From IMG/VR virus record IMGVR_UViG_3300005405_000309: a stretch of DNA of 64,000 nucleotides; one strand, written 5' to 3'. The notes beneath the pieces were generated by a model, which saw nothing but the letters and a program-made list of their open reading frames with translations, ran no database searches and was not told the DNA's origin. A program made the position numbers and the translations under genes. Below, in pieces: positions 50,440 to 60,263 of the stretch. Positions within the stretch are counted from its first letter, which is position 1. Every line of letters begins with the position of its first letter. Source of the stretch: an uncultured virus (IMG/VR IMGVR_UViG_3300005405_000309). Lineage: Duplodnaviria; Heunggongvirae; Uroviricota; Caudoviricetes.

Positions 50440-51525
50440 TCAGACATTATAGGACCTCAGCTGTTCTATTAGTATACTTATCATCAAACTCGCCAAGCTC
50501 TGACCCCCCGGAAGAGTCATGTTCTTCAGAGCAGTAAGCAAGTCCTTAAAAGCAAATATTAAGTGCTCAGGAATCTGCTCACGCCACTCTTTAAGGCGAA
50601 TTAGTGCTTCCTGCTGGCTTTGAGTCTCCCATATCCGATAAAACTCTTCCTTAAGCTCATAGGCCAGTCCTAAGTCCTTTAGCGTGCCGGTCCAAGCACT
50701 AAGGATTAATTGTTCTCTGATATCTAGTTTTGCTTTCCGTTTGAGCAAGATATGCCTATCGTGCATAAGAGTTCGCCGTTCCTTGGGAGTCAGCCCTTCT
50801 CGTACAGACTTCCGCACAGTTTCTAACGCTTGGTTAGCCATCTTAACGACGTGGAACTTATCGACCACGACTTGAGCCTGGGGCAATACAAGGCTAACTG
50901 CATCACGATAAGGTCTCCACATATCCATGGCAACGTACCTGATCCGTTGACGGTCAGGTAGACTTTGTAAGTAGGTAATCACTGTCGGTTTGTTGCGATC
51001 CGGAAGAATGTCGATGATGGTGTTATCTTGAATATTAGTTATCACACACCTGGGCTTAATAATGTAAATTTCGTCAATCCCAAGCCATTGAGGAGTTTGA
51101 ACCCGAAATGTTTTCTCTAACCGATTCACATAATCCCTAAAGATATTGCGGATCGTCTTTTCATCCACTCCAATTTCATCGGCAAGACTTACAAAAGTAC
51201 GTTTTAAGGACTGTTTTTCTATGTAGCCTACAAGCCGTTTAGTGCATCCCCGTTTATCGTCTGTGTGAGGCAGAACCTCATAAAAGGTCTGCCCACACTC
51301 ACGGCATTTATATCGCTGACGGTTCACATGGATACCTACACGCTTGCCATGCATGGGTAGATCCATGATGAGTTGCTTATGCTTAGTATGTTTGTAGAGA
51401 TTAGCCTTACAACCACATTGAGTACAACAAAGAGGTGGATTAGCTGTCTCCACCTCGATTCGGTAAGCCTCGTCACTTTCTTGGACGTTTATGACGTTGT
51501 ATTCAGGTAAATTTAGTATATTCAT
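50440..51525 (-). pseudogene. ISL3 transposase, C-terminally truncated
   Basis: GIDE, AMDMW and VDKFH present. Homology ends at TALKN (~50520), before the third catalytic (E) motif. Confidence 0.88.
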
Positions 51526-51539
51526 TATGTCTTACTTCC

Positions 51540-51752
51540 TTATAACTCCATATTTTTCGCTTTATCATCTATGTATTTTTCAAATCCTTTAATTGTTGGC
51601 CTAACATTTTTATCAACACAATCGCTTATATACCTTTTAAAACCCTCTCCTATATTTTCTAGCCAATCGGAACCATATCCTCCTGCATAAGCACTCCGTT
51701 CATACTTTTCAAGCTTATCTAATAACTTTTTGCTCATCACTTTATTTTCCAT
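51540..51752 (-). CDS. Small hypothetical protein (probable ISL3 passenger)
   Basis: Ends 14 bp before the transposase start. Confidence 0.6.
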   Translation of the reverse strand: MENKVMSKKLLDKLEKYERSAYAGGYGSDWLENIGEGFKRYISDCVDKNVRPTIKGFEKYIDDKAKNMEL

Positions 51753-51945
51753 TTACAACTTCAATAGAATCAACCTGCGGAGAACCAACATCCGAAGCAT
51801 TAGCCAATTTATTTTCCTGCTCTACAAATTTATCAATTGCCTTAAGACCAGCTTCATTTTCGTCCTTTGCATTAACTGTAATAGTTCGTTTCACAAAGCG
51901 TGTGCAAAATGACCCAACTTCAACACTATATTTCATGAAAATCAT
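51742..51945 (-). CDS. Small hypothetical protein (probable ISL3 passenger)
   Basis: Overlaps the next gene; RBS present. Confidence 0.6.
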   Translation of the reverse strand: MIFMKYSVEVGSFCTRFVKRTITVNAKDENEAGLKAIDKFVEQENKLANASDVGSPQVDSIEVVNGK

Positions 51946-51960
51946 CTTCCTTTTAAAAAT

Positions 51961-52110
51961 GGCTCAATAGCTTCACTTTCGTTTCGGCTCGTTTGTTCCC
52001 CGCCCTACGCTTAAACCTAATGTTACCATTTCGGCTCCAAGGACTAGGTACAGGCTACTGGTTAGGTATTACCTGATAGGCTTTTCCTACTGTATGTTAA
52101 TAGCTTACTA
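51961..52110 (-). other. Possible group II intron 5' (domain I) fragment
   Basis: Minus strand AGCTATTAACATACAGTAGG..AACCAGTAGCC..CTTGGAGCCGAA..GGTAAC..TTTAAGCGTAGG resembles, from memory, bacterial group II intron D1. No RT gene. Confidence 0.4.
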
Positions 52111-52381
52111 ATGAAAATAGAATTGCTTCAATTTCCAAGAGGAAACATCACGCATTTGCGTGCTGCTTCGCAGCTCGCGCCTGTGAGGCTATTATAGCCC
52201 TTTTTTCCAATCCATTCCACTTGCTGTTTTCATAATATAAATCCTCCATCAATTTATAAGGCTATCCGGATATCAGTCCATGTATGTTGAATTATTTGCG
52301 CTGTAATAGAACCATACATATATCGATGCATATTAGCCTATCCAATATCGACCGTGTGTAGGAATCGAAGTCTAATTTTTC

Positions 52382-53449
52382 TTATTTATATCGTACTACC
52401 CTATTGCGCCCGCCCTCTTTCGCCTGATACAACGCCCTATCCGCTTGATCAATCAGAACGTTCAACTCGCTCTTGCGATCCCATTCCGCCACCCCGATAC
52501 TGATCGTAACCTTTGCTTTAATTTTTTTCTCAGGATCAATAAACTCATAGCCTTCAACCCCTGCTCGTAATCGTTCAGCTGCAATCATTGACATATCTAC
52601 CGAGCTGTCTGGCAATACAATTATAAACTCTTCCCCACCATAACGAATAGGTATATCGTGTTGCCGGATGCTCTTCTTTGCCAATTTAGATACTTCTTTC
52701 AAGACAATATCACCAAAAAGATGTCCGTACTGATCATTAAATTTCTTGAAATGATCCACATCAAACATCACGAGTGATAAAGGATGCCCATTTCGTTTGC
52801 AATGTGACATCTCTTCCGGGCAGCGTTCCGCCATATAAAGCCGGTTAAACATTTTTGTCATGGGATCCGTGTGCGCTTTTTCACCAAGATCAAGAGCCTT
52901 TGCTTGTATTTTGGTATAATTTGAAACATTAATGAAGGCCGTCGTAGCTTGGCTGCTCAGAACGTCAAGAAAGTCTATAGTATCTTCTTCTAGCTCTTTC
53001 GCCTGGTAAATAAGTAAAACACCTAAAACATGTTGATGATTAAAAAGAGGCACGGCACATTGCGTATGTAAAATGGATATCTCTACAAGCGAGTCTGCCG
53101 TCATCACCTCGCCTTTGAGAACTGCTCGCCAAGCCAAAGTATCTTGAAATTTATTTTCAAATATTACTTTTTCTTCTTTGAAATTTTCGAAGCCACGACT
53201 AGCTACCAAACTAAGTCTTGTAGAGTCTTTATTCAGTAGCGCTATAGCTACCCCTGTCGCTTGACAAACAGCTTGTGCCGCTTGAATCACCTGATGTAAA
53301 ACATCTTCTTTACTCTCAGCACTGTTTAATGAGCGAATAATCTCGATGAGTAAAGCGAGTCTGAACGTTTGCTTCTCTAACTCGTTTTCAGCATCAGCAA
53401 GTGATTGTCTCTGTTGTTTAAATTGTTTCCAGAGTGAAAAGAAAAACAT
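52382..53449 (-). CDS. GAF-GGDEF diguanylate cyclase
   Basis: DVDHFKKFNDQYGH, RQHD I-site, RYGGEEF, AKEGGRNR. Confidence 0.93.
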   Translation of the reverse strand: MFFFSLWKQFKQQRQSLADAENELEKQTFRLALLIEIIRSLNSAESKEDVLHQVIQAAQAVCQATGVAIALLNKDSTRLSLVASRGFENFKEEKVIFENKFQDTLAWRAVLKGEVMTADSLVEISILHTQCAVPLFNHQHVLGVLLIYQAKELEEDTIDFLDVLSSQATTAFINVSNYTKIQAKALDLGEKAHTDPMTKMFNRLYMAERCPEEMSHCKRNGHPLSLVMFDVDHFKKFNDQYGHLFGDIVLKEVSKLAKKSIRQHDIPIRYGGEEFIIVLPDSSVDMSMIAAERLRAGVEGYEFIDPEKKIKAKVTISIGVAEWDRKSELNVLIDQADRALYQAKEGGRNRVVRYK

Positions 53450-53453
53450 GAGC

Positions 53454-54200
53454 TCACCCCCTTAAATAATGATACACAGGCATTAATGAAGGGCTAACCT
53501 TATCCCATACTGGACCCACAATTCTATAAGTTGCAAACGATAATAAACAGTAACGACAAACTACTTTATCCAAAAGACTATTCGTACTAATTGAAATAGG
53601 TAAACGAATACGCTTTTTAATAAGAGGATATAAAAGAGGTACCCCATCTGAAATAAGATCTAAAAGCAAATGACTAAAATAGCCGGCACCGAAAACAACT
53701 AATAGCGATATACGCCATGGAAGTAGAAAACTTAATCCCTTTAAGCCTAACAAAGTGTCTAAGCCCCACATGAAAACTCCCATACCCAGTAATGTATGCG
53801 TGATCCCTCGATGTTTGAGAGAAGCGATGATGACCAACGTAGCCCCTAAAATCCCAACAATAAGACTTACCCAAAAAGAATGACGTTGGATTAAGTTCAA
53901 TAAAACAGCGGAGTCTAAAACTCGTCCAAGTACATTAGGAGTGCGCAACACAAAACTTATTACGAGGAGCAGTAATCCACCTAACATCGCGCCAATGCGC
54001 GTCTTCCCGAGCGGTCCGAAAAGTTCTTGATCAATTGTGCTACCTGGTTGATCGATATCAGGTAATATTCCACCAATCAGTGCTAATCCAAGACCCACTC
54101 CCATAACTATTGTTTCTTGCTCATTCATAGGTTGAAGAGTCGCTGGAAGCATATACGACCAAGCGGCCAACGCGCCCGCTAAATGGGTTTTACCCATCAT
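53454..54200 (-). CDS. YdjM-like membrane metal-dependent hydrolase
   Basis: GKTH, LPDID, HRGITH and SHLLLD motifs. Confidence 0.88.
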   Translation of the reverse strand: MMGKTHLAGALAAWSYMLPATLQPMNEQETIVMGVGLGLALIGGILPDIDQPGSTIDQELFGPLGKTRIGAMLGGLLLLVISFVLRTPNVLGRVLDSAVLLNLIQRHSFWVSLIVGILGATLVIIASLKHRGITHTLLGMGVFMWGLDTLLGLKGLSFLLPWRISLLVVFGAGYFSHLLLDLISDGVPLLYPLIKKRIRLPISISTNSLLDKVVCRYCLLSFATYRIVGPVWDKVSPSLMPVYHYLRG

Positions 54201-54363
54201 AACGTCCAGTCTCCTTTTTTTGATTCCCACTCACGCGAACCCACGTAAGTGCTGTTATTTTTTGGGTAATAAACGTCCATGGTTGACATTGCAGCCATTT
54301 CTATCATTCCCGACCCGCGAAAACCCAATAAAACCCCCATAAAAATTAAAAACCACATAAGCT

Positions 54364-54663
54364 TTATCCCCCTTCTTTTGTGTACATAGCCCGATTGATC
54401 GCCATATAAACCAAATCGGGACGGGTTCGATTATCAAACTCTCTGCAGAGTTCATTTAATCCCCTTGCCATCTCTACTTCCAATTGGAAAAACTTCCGGA
54501 TAGGTCGCGGCGGTAAATCTTTTGGAGGCCTCGTCGGGTTCTTTAAATAAGCCTCTACAATTTCATTGAAAACTTTATTATCGCTCTTACCCTCCCTGGA
54601 TGCCGTTTTTTCTAGATAGTTTGATTGTTCTTCTGTAAGGGCTATCAATAGACGAAATCCCAT
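54364..54663 (-). CDS. Tandem ribbon-helix-helix-like protein
   Basis: Two beta-alpha-alpha-like units; abuts the VWA gene. Confidence 0.5.
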   Translation of the reverse strand: MGFRLLIALTEEQSNYLEKTASREGKSDNKVFNEIVEAYLKNPTRPPKDLPPRPIRKFFQLEVEMARGLNELCREFDNRTRPDLVYMAINRAMYTKEGG

Positions 54664-56129
54664 TATTCAAACACTCCCTGATATAAAGATGCAGCATCAC
54701 GCTCTAAACACTGAATTTTTAAGACTTTATCTGATATGTCATCAAGTACTGGTTGATTTTCTTGACTAAACAATACCCCGAAAAGACGAAATCCCAACTT
54801 CTTCTTATCTTCCGTTATCCGGTTTGTGAATTCAACGCTACTTTTAAACTCTCCATCTGTTAAAAGTACCATATCTCCACCCTGGGCTAAATCGTCCTCG
54901 AATATCTCTAATGCATGCACAATCGCCTCGGCATAATAGGTGCCATGTCCAAAATATGCTGTAAGGAGAAGTTGCTTGATGTCCTCATCCCTAGAATCGC
55001 CAGTGAAACGTAAAACCATCCGCTCGCCAATTCCACTGAATAATATTACATGGAAATCCTGCTTACGTGCTTTTGCAATCTCATAAAGTCCTAATGCCAA
55101 AGCCTTTTCATCACGCTCTTTTCCTGGGGTAATCGACTCAGATACATCAATGAGAACAACCATAGAACCGCGTTTCTTCTCCGGTACCTCAGGGGTCTGA
55201 ATCCCCCATAATACCCCTTTCTTATAGCGGTCCATGAATAATTCTTGACCCAAAGAGTGTGCTCCTAACGCCATTTCACTCGGTAAAAGTGCACTTATAT
55301 CGTTACTCATACCGAACTCTATATCATTTTCTATCCCCCGCTCCCGGATTGTTCGGTTCGCGAGGCTCATCATTCGCCCAATCTGATCTGCAAAACCCTG
55401 AATATCGAGTTGCCGATCTAGAAAATGACCTAGGCAGAGGGGATTAGCTTGCCAGCGTGGCCGTTTCTGCCCTAAACTATGCGACAGTCTTTCGGCATCC
55501 AGAACATCCCCCAAAACAGCTGCCACATCCAAATTTATTCGCGCCTCGTCGATGGTTACATTTGCAAGGCCCTGACCTAATCCCTGTTGGTCCTTCGAGC
55601 GTACACCTGACGACTTAGTTTGAATCTGCTCTTCGTATTGTTCTGGAGCTGGCGAGATGCTTACAAATAACCGCTTTATAAACTCCCATAATCGCTTCAT
55701 AAAGCTATCCTTAGTGTGCGTTATCTCAAATCGCTCCTTAGAATGTAGGAGTTCAGTTGCTTCATTATCAGTACCCTGGTTCATCGTTTGGTTACGATAA
55801 AAGGTTGCCCATCGCTCTAGGGCTCTTTGAGTGGCAACATAAGCAAGCCCTGGATTGCTAACTGTCTTCTTGCGTAGCTTATGAAAAAAGGCTGAGCGAA
55901 AAAAAGCATCTAACCAGAGAAAGCGAACCATGTCCTCCATTGTGGCGTTTAATGGCTTGGTTAGGGTAACACCAACAAATAGTAGTAAGGTAAAAAGATC
56001 TTCTGACATTGATCTCATTAAGGGATCTGTCTTTTTCTTATGATGGCCTCTATTTTCCCACAAAGATTCATCTCTTAACCAGCGTTGATGTTCTTGATTA
56101 ATTGGCACATTGCTTAATCGTTGGCTCAA
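54663..56129 (-). CDS. VWA-domain protein (ViaA-like)
   Basis: LLPSE, IDVSES MIDAS, GT and LTDG motifs. Confidence 0.85.
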   Translation of the reverse strand: MSQRLSNVPINQEHQRWLRDESLWENRGHHKKKTDPLMRSMSEDLFTLLLFVGVTLTKPLNATMEDMVRFLWLDAFFRSAFFHKLRKKTVSNPGLAYVATQRALERWATFYRNQTMNQGTDNEATELLHSKERFEITHTKDSFMKRLWEFIKRLFVSISPAPEQYEEQIQTKSSGVRSKDQQGLGQGLANVTIDEARINLDVAAVLGDVLDAERLSHSLGQKRPRWQANPLCLGHFLDRQLDIQGFADQIGRMMSLANRTIRERGIENDIEFGMSNDISALLPSEMALGAHSLGQELFMDRYKKGVLWGIQTPEVPEKKRGSMVVLIDVSESITPGKERDEKALALGLYEIAKARKQDFHVILFSGIGERMVLRFTGDSRDEDIKQLLLTAYFGHGTYYAEAIVHALEIFEDDLAQGGDMVLLTDGEFKSSVEFTNRITEDKKKLGFRLFGVLFSQENQPVLDDISDKVLKIQCLERDAASLYQGVFE

Positions 56130-56374
56130 ATAAAATCATCACCTTGCTGTTTGAATAACACCCTCTGCTCATTTTCGATCTCCATTTTCATATCTTCGTA
56201 TCCATTCCACTCACTCATCGTCACGCATTCAAGCTCATGTGTTGCAAATCGAACTACTGTTAAGGTGAAATCTCCATTGGCCAACGGACGGACAAGGGAC
56301 ACTACGCCTCCTCCATTGGGGGTATCAATACATTGACCTAATTTTGGCAAGAAATTTCCTCTCATCTTCTTCAC
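56126..56374 (-). CDS. Small hypothetical protein
   Basis: Coupled between the ATPase and VWA genes. Confidence 0.55.
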   Translation of the reverse strand: MKKMRGNFLPKLGQCIDTPNGGGVVSLVRPLANGDFTLTVVRFATHELECVTMSEWNGYEDMKMEIENEQRVLFKQQGDDFI

Positions 56375-57549
56375 CCACTCTTTTTTAAACTTTTGAGGTC
56401 GTCTAAATCATCCTCGATCCATGCAATAGCACCTTCAATACGACTTATAAAAATAGTTATAAAGGAGGTTTCCTGCTGGTGTTTAGCCTGCTCCAATAAG
56501 AAATTATCGTCCTTACAATATGACCGAAACAGTTTTAAAAGCCCAAGCCCCTTGCTTATTCTTATCGATGAATTTAATCGTTTGTAATCTTCCAATAATT
56601 GCGCAGCCTCTAATGCGTGCTGTTCTGTTTGCGCCATAGAAGGCCAGATCGTCCGATAGACTAAAAAGCGCATTTTATCAATTTCTTCAGGAATATTCCA
56701 TAACACATGTTGTAATATAAGTAGATCCTCTGACTCAACATTCATGCGCCCTTGGAAATACGCCTCGGCCTTAATAAGCGTAGCCGCTTGGATAAACTTT
56801 CGCGTAGATCGGTCAATGCCCTGAAACTCCAGTTGCTCCCAAAGATGAATTAAAACTTCCCTTGTGGTTCCTAATTCAACACGCTTTACCATATCCTGCG
56901 CAGATTTTAATTCATCCATCGTGATCTTTGTCTCAAATGCATGAATCTCTCCTCGCGCCTCTGCTTCGATCCGGTCTAAAAGCCTGTTGCCATAGTTACT
57001 AATGCTTAACCTCTTTACTGAATACCGCAAGGCAAACCGGTCCCAAAACGCTTCCAATCCATCCCCATTTTTCGGCAGTTCATTCGACGCCCCAATAAGG
57101 CTCATTAGGGGTACTTGGATAGTGGTCCTCCCATTCACAAAACGACGATTCTCCATCATATCAAGATTCATGTTTAATAAACCTGGATTTGTTTTAAAAA
57201 TCTCGTCCAGAAAGACCACGTCGGCCACTGGCATTTTTTGATCAATAACATGTTCAAAACTACCTTCTTCGAAGTATTTCTTTATTGCAACCGGCCCTAC
57301 CAGTTCATCTTCTTTAGTATACTTACCTACTAACCAGTGAAAGAATTGTCCTCCCACCCTGTTGCAGATAGCCGTGATTATTGATGTCTTCCCCTCTCCC
57401 CAAGGTCCGATCAAAGCAACGTGCTGCTTTGAAAGAATGGCAAGGAGGATTCCATGAATAACATCTTCTTGGTCAAAATATTGATCGTTGACTTCTTCTT
57501 CTATCTTACGGAGGAGATGACATATGGAAGTTCGTTCGTTTCTGTCCAC
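56371..57549 (-). CDS. MoxR/RavA-like AAA+ ATPase
   Basis: GPWGEGKT, FLDEIFK, GASNELP and AFWDRF motifs. Confidence 0.9.
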   Translation of the reverse strand: MDRNERTSICHLLRKIEEEVNDQYFDQEDVIHGILLAILSKQHVALIGPWGEGKTSIITAICNRVGGQFFHWLVGKYTKEDELVGPVAIKKYFEEGSFEHVIDQKMPVADVVFLDEIFKTNPGLLNMNLDMMENRRFVNGRTTIQVPLMSLIGASNELPKNGDGLEAFWDRFALRYSVKRLSISNYGNRLLDRIEAEARGEIHAFETKITMDELKSAQDMVKRVELGTTREVLIHLWEQLEFQGIDRSTRKFIQAATLIKAEAYFQGRMNVESEDLLILQHVLWNIPEEIDKMRFLVYRTIWPSMAQTEQHALEAAQLLEDYKRLNSSIRISKGLGLLKLFRSYCKDDNFLLEQAKHQQETSFITIFISRIEGAIAWIEDDLDDLKSLKKSG

Positions 57550-57989
57550 CCAGACACCTTCTTTCAGCCTTAAGTTATGTATTAATTATATATCTATATA
57601 TTAAGAAGTCAACACTTTTGAGTGTTGACTAAAATGTTATTTCTAATTATGATAAGGGTTTTATAATATCCAGATTATATGGTGGAAAACCTTCTGATAA
57701 TTTCTAGTTACAATAATCGTTAAACCTTAAGAGAGGCAACATTAGAGACTAGAAAAAATAGACTGTAAAACCCTCGCCATACCCCACAGAACAAACATGT
57801 TTACACTTACAGCGTTCAAATTTTTCATCGAGAGACCGCATAATGACGAATATCGTCTTTCCCTGTGAGATTTCCCGGAACTAAATTTAGGATACCTTTT
57901 AGAAAAAAACGGCTCTTCGGATTATATGGTGGAATAGGAATATGCCATAATCCAAATTTGGAGATTTGTGTAAATATATAAATTGCCCA

Positions 57990-58307
57990 TTATTGGGTAC
58001 TAATTCCGAATAATCTATTCATACCCTGGCGTGTAACGCGCCAATTCCCTTTTGATTTTCTCGCTTCATTGCTACCGAAACGATTTTCGGACAAATATCG
58101 TTTCAATGTAGGCTCAGTAGCATTTGACCATTTTGTAGCTGCTTCAGGCACTGACATCACATCTGTAAGGGATATGATGTTATCCGGTCCGTAAGCTGTG
58201 CCATCTGGAGAAACTAATACAATCTGACCGTAACTACTAGAAGCGTGTCCCTTGGTTAGCCTCCAACCCTCCCATGGACCAGTGCCTTTCCAAATGTCAC
58301 TCATCAA
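57990..58307 (-). CDS. HTH-domain protein (cassette passenger)
   Basis: VMSVPEAATKW...EARKSKGNWRVTRQGMNRLFG. Confidence 0.75.
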   Translation of the reverse strand: MMSDIWKGTGPWEGWRLTKGHASSSYGQIVLVSPDGTAYGPDNIISLTDVMSVPEAATKWSNATEPTLKRYLSENRFGSNEARKSKGNWRVTRQGMNRLFGISTQ

Positions 58308-59290
58308 TTTTCCTCCTTAAACCTGTCGGGGTAGGCTGCTCTTATGGCTTTTTTGGGGTTCTGAGAATAGTATTTTTGCATTGGAGCAGAGAGTCCGTAT
58401 TTCTGAAAGGTTTCAATTTTGATATTTAAAATATCTGTTTCAGGGTTAAGCCTAAGCTTTTCTTCGACCATCCATTTTATCGCAACAATAGCTCTTTCCT
58501 CGTTCCAATAATTTCTCGAAACTACATTTAGTTCCCAAGGTTTATATTTATCGGGATAAGCATCATCTAGTGCGCTAAAAGGGCTGGATTCATACACTAC
58601 ATCTAACATTCCCTCAAGCCCGTTGTCGATAAAGACTTGCTTTGTAAGTTTATTAATAATATCCTTGTTATTCCACTGTAATCTCTCATTAAGTAGCCAT
58701 TTTGTTGCACTTATGGCTGTATTTTTATTCCAAAATTCCCTTGTTACGCTGCTCAGCTCCCAGGGTAAATATTCTTTAGGATATGCCAAGTCCAACGCCT
58801 CAAATACCCCGTTTACTTTAAATAAAACGGTCCTTAATCCATTATCGCCAAATACTTGTGCTTTCAGATTCTTTTTTATATCATCTCTATTCCATTTTAG
58901 TTTTTCTTCGATCAGCCATTTTGTAGCCTGTATCATCGTATCGTTGTTCCAGAAGCCCATTGGCGTACTTGCCAATTCCCATTCCTTAAATCTCCCAGGA
59001 TAGGCAGCATCGAGCGCCTTGAATGGAGTGTTTTCATAAACGATAGTCAGCATTCCGTAGAGTTTATTATCAATGTATATTTTTCCGGAATGCTTTTTTA
59101 TGAAATCATCATCATTCCAACTTAGAATATTTTCAAACATATAACGAGTAACCGTGATAGCGTTTTCAGGTGCTTCTGGGAGTTGCCAAAACCCTTTAGG
59201 GAATTTTTTTATATCTCTCTTTAGTACTAGCTTATAGATTTCTACAGCTGTTAGTCCAAACACCTTAGTTGCAACACTTAGTTTGGCCAT
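58304..59290 (-). CDS. DUF4046-like repeat protein (cassette passenger)
   Basis: About four repeats of ATKWLIEEKL.W..F..NGL..AYP..WEL. Confidence 0.75.
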   Translation of the reverse strand: MAKLSVATKVFGLTAVEIYKLVLKRDIKKFPKGFWQLPEAPENAITVTRYMFENILSWNDDDFIKKHSGKIYIDNKLYGMLTIVYENTPFKALDAAYPGRFKEWELASTPMGFWNNDTMIQATKWLIEEKLKWNRDDIKKNLKAQVFGDNGLRTVLFKVNGVFEALDLAYPKEYLPWELSSVTREFWNKNTAISATKWLLNERLQWNNKDIINKLTKQVFIDNGLEGMLDVVYESSPFSALDDAYPDKYKPWELNVVSRNYWNEERAIVAIKWMVEEKLRLNPETDILNIKIETFQKYGLSAPMQKYYSQNPKKAIRAAYPDRFKEEN

Positions 59291-59375
59291 GAATAGCCCC
59301 CCTTTTATTCGCCTATTCCTCCGAAAGTACACCTAAACATTAGATGCACTTTCGGGAGAATAATCTCTTTGGTGA

Positions 59376-59552
59376 TCAGTACGCTTTTTCCAGTTCAAGC
59401 ATTTCCTCAAAACTGATTACCTTGTCAAGTTCGGCGAATGCGCTAAAATCTGAACGAACACTTGATTCTCCTGAGTCGATGTATTTTCCATCTTGTTCTA
59501 ATTCGGCTTGAAGCTCGCGCCATTCTTTGTAAAGGTTAGTTAGCTTCATCAT
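59376..59552 (-). CDS. Small hypothetical protein (cassette passenger)
   Basis: AGGAG RBS before MMKLT. Confidence 0.6.
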   Translation of the reverse strand: MMKLTNLYKEWRELQAELEQDGKYIDSGESSVRSDFSAFAELDKVISFEEMLELEKAY

Positions 59553-59626
59553 ATCGTAAAACTCCTTCTTGCCCCGCCTCATATAGGCTGCCGGGTTGTT
59601 CTGCCGTATCAATTGCTGTTAAGATA

Positions 59627-59666
59627 ATTATAAGCGAATTCGCTCATAATATCAAGCGAATTCGCT
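59627..59666 (-). promoter_or_regulatory. Sigma-A promoter with two palindromic operators
   Basis: TTGATA-17 bp-TATAAT; AGCGAATTCGCT at 59633-59644 and 59655-59666. Confidence 0.8.
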
Positions 59667-59728
59667 TATAATTCAAAATTTAAACTGGAAATTAAAATTG
59701 CATTTTCCACCATAAAATCCGGATAGCC

Positions 59729-60202
59729 AAAAAAACTACCATATATAAAAGTAAACAGTGAAAACAAAAAGACGACTAACGTTTTCATAGGCGGTATTAC
59801 AGATGCTACGGTAACGTTCAACTTGTTGAAATATAGCCACCCTATTACGACTAAACTACTTAACGTAAGTATCTTCACGAATGCTCTGAAATTGATAGCT
59901 TGTGGGATTGGCTTAAAAAACACATACGCCAATAGATATATAATGCGATTCCCAGTGGTTATCGGTACATAAGTTAATTCTAAAATATCCTTTTGATTAA
60001 GCCGAACTAGACCGTTAGGTTTAGTTATTAGATAGTCTGAAATAGACAACTCGGAAGAGGTAAACCATTTTTGGAAATCAGGAAAATCGGACATCGCAAC
60101 AAAAAAACTCATTTTCGTATCATTTCTAAGTGTTACATTAACAACGTATTTAAGTTGTTGGTTCATAGAATTAAGGAGATTTTTAAACGATATGGTTTTC
60201 AT
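59729..60202 (-). pseudogene. Membrane-protein gene interrupted by the cassette
   Basis: Reads ..YGSFF into the IR; continues in frame at 57902 as LKGILNLVPG... Confidence 0.75.
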
Positions 60203-60263
60203 TTTGTATACCTCCCCGAAATTTATTCTACATTTTTACATAACTGGTACAACTACTCCTAAA

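Larger units (their letters stand above)
57911..59728. mobile_element. Non-autonomous ISL3-type cassette with three passenger genes
   Basis: IRs GGCTCTTCGGATTATATGGTGGAA and TTCCACCATAAAATCCGGATAGCC. TSD AAAAAAAC at 57903-57910 and 59729-59736. Confidence 0.92.

Noticed and set aside
51961..52199. GGCTCAATAG...CTATTATAGCC as another IR-bounded element
   Set aside because: Flanks TTAAAAAT and CTTTTTTC are not a duplication, and the IR core is absent.
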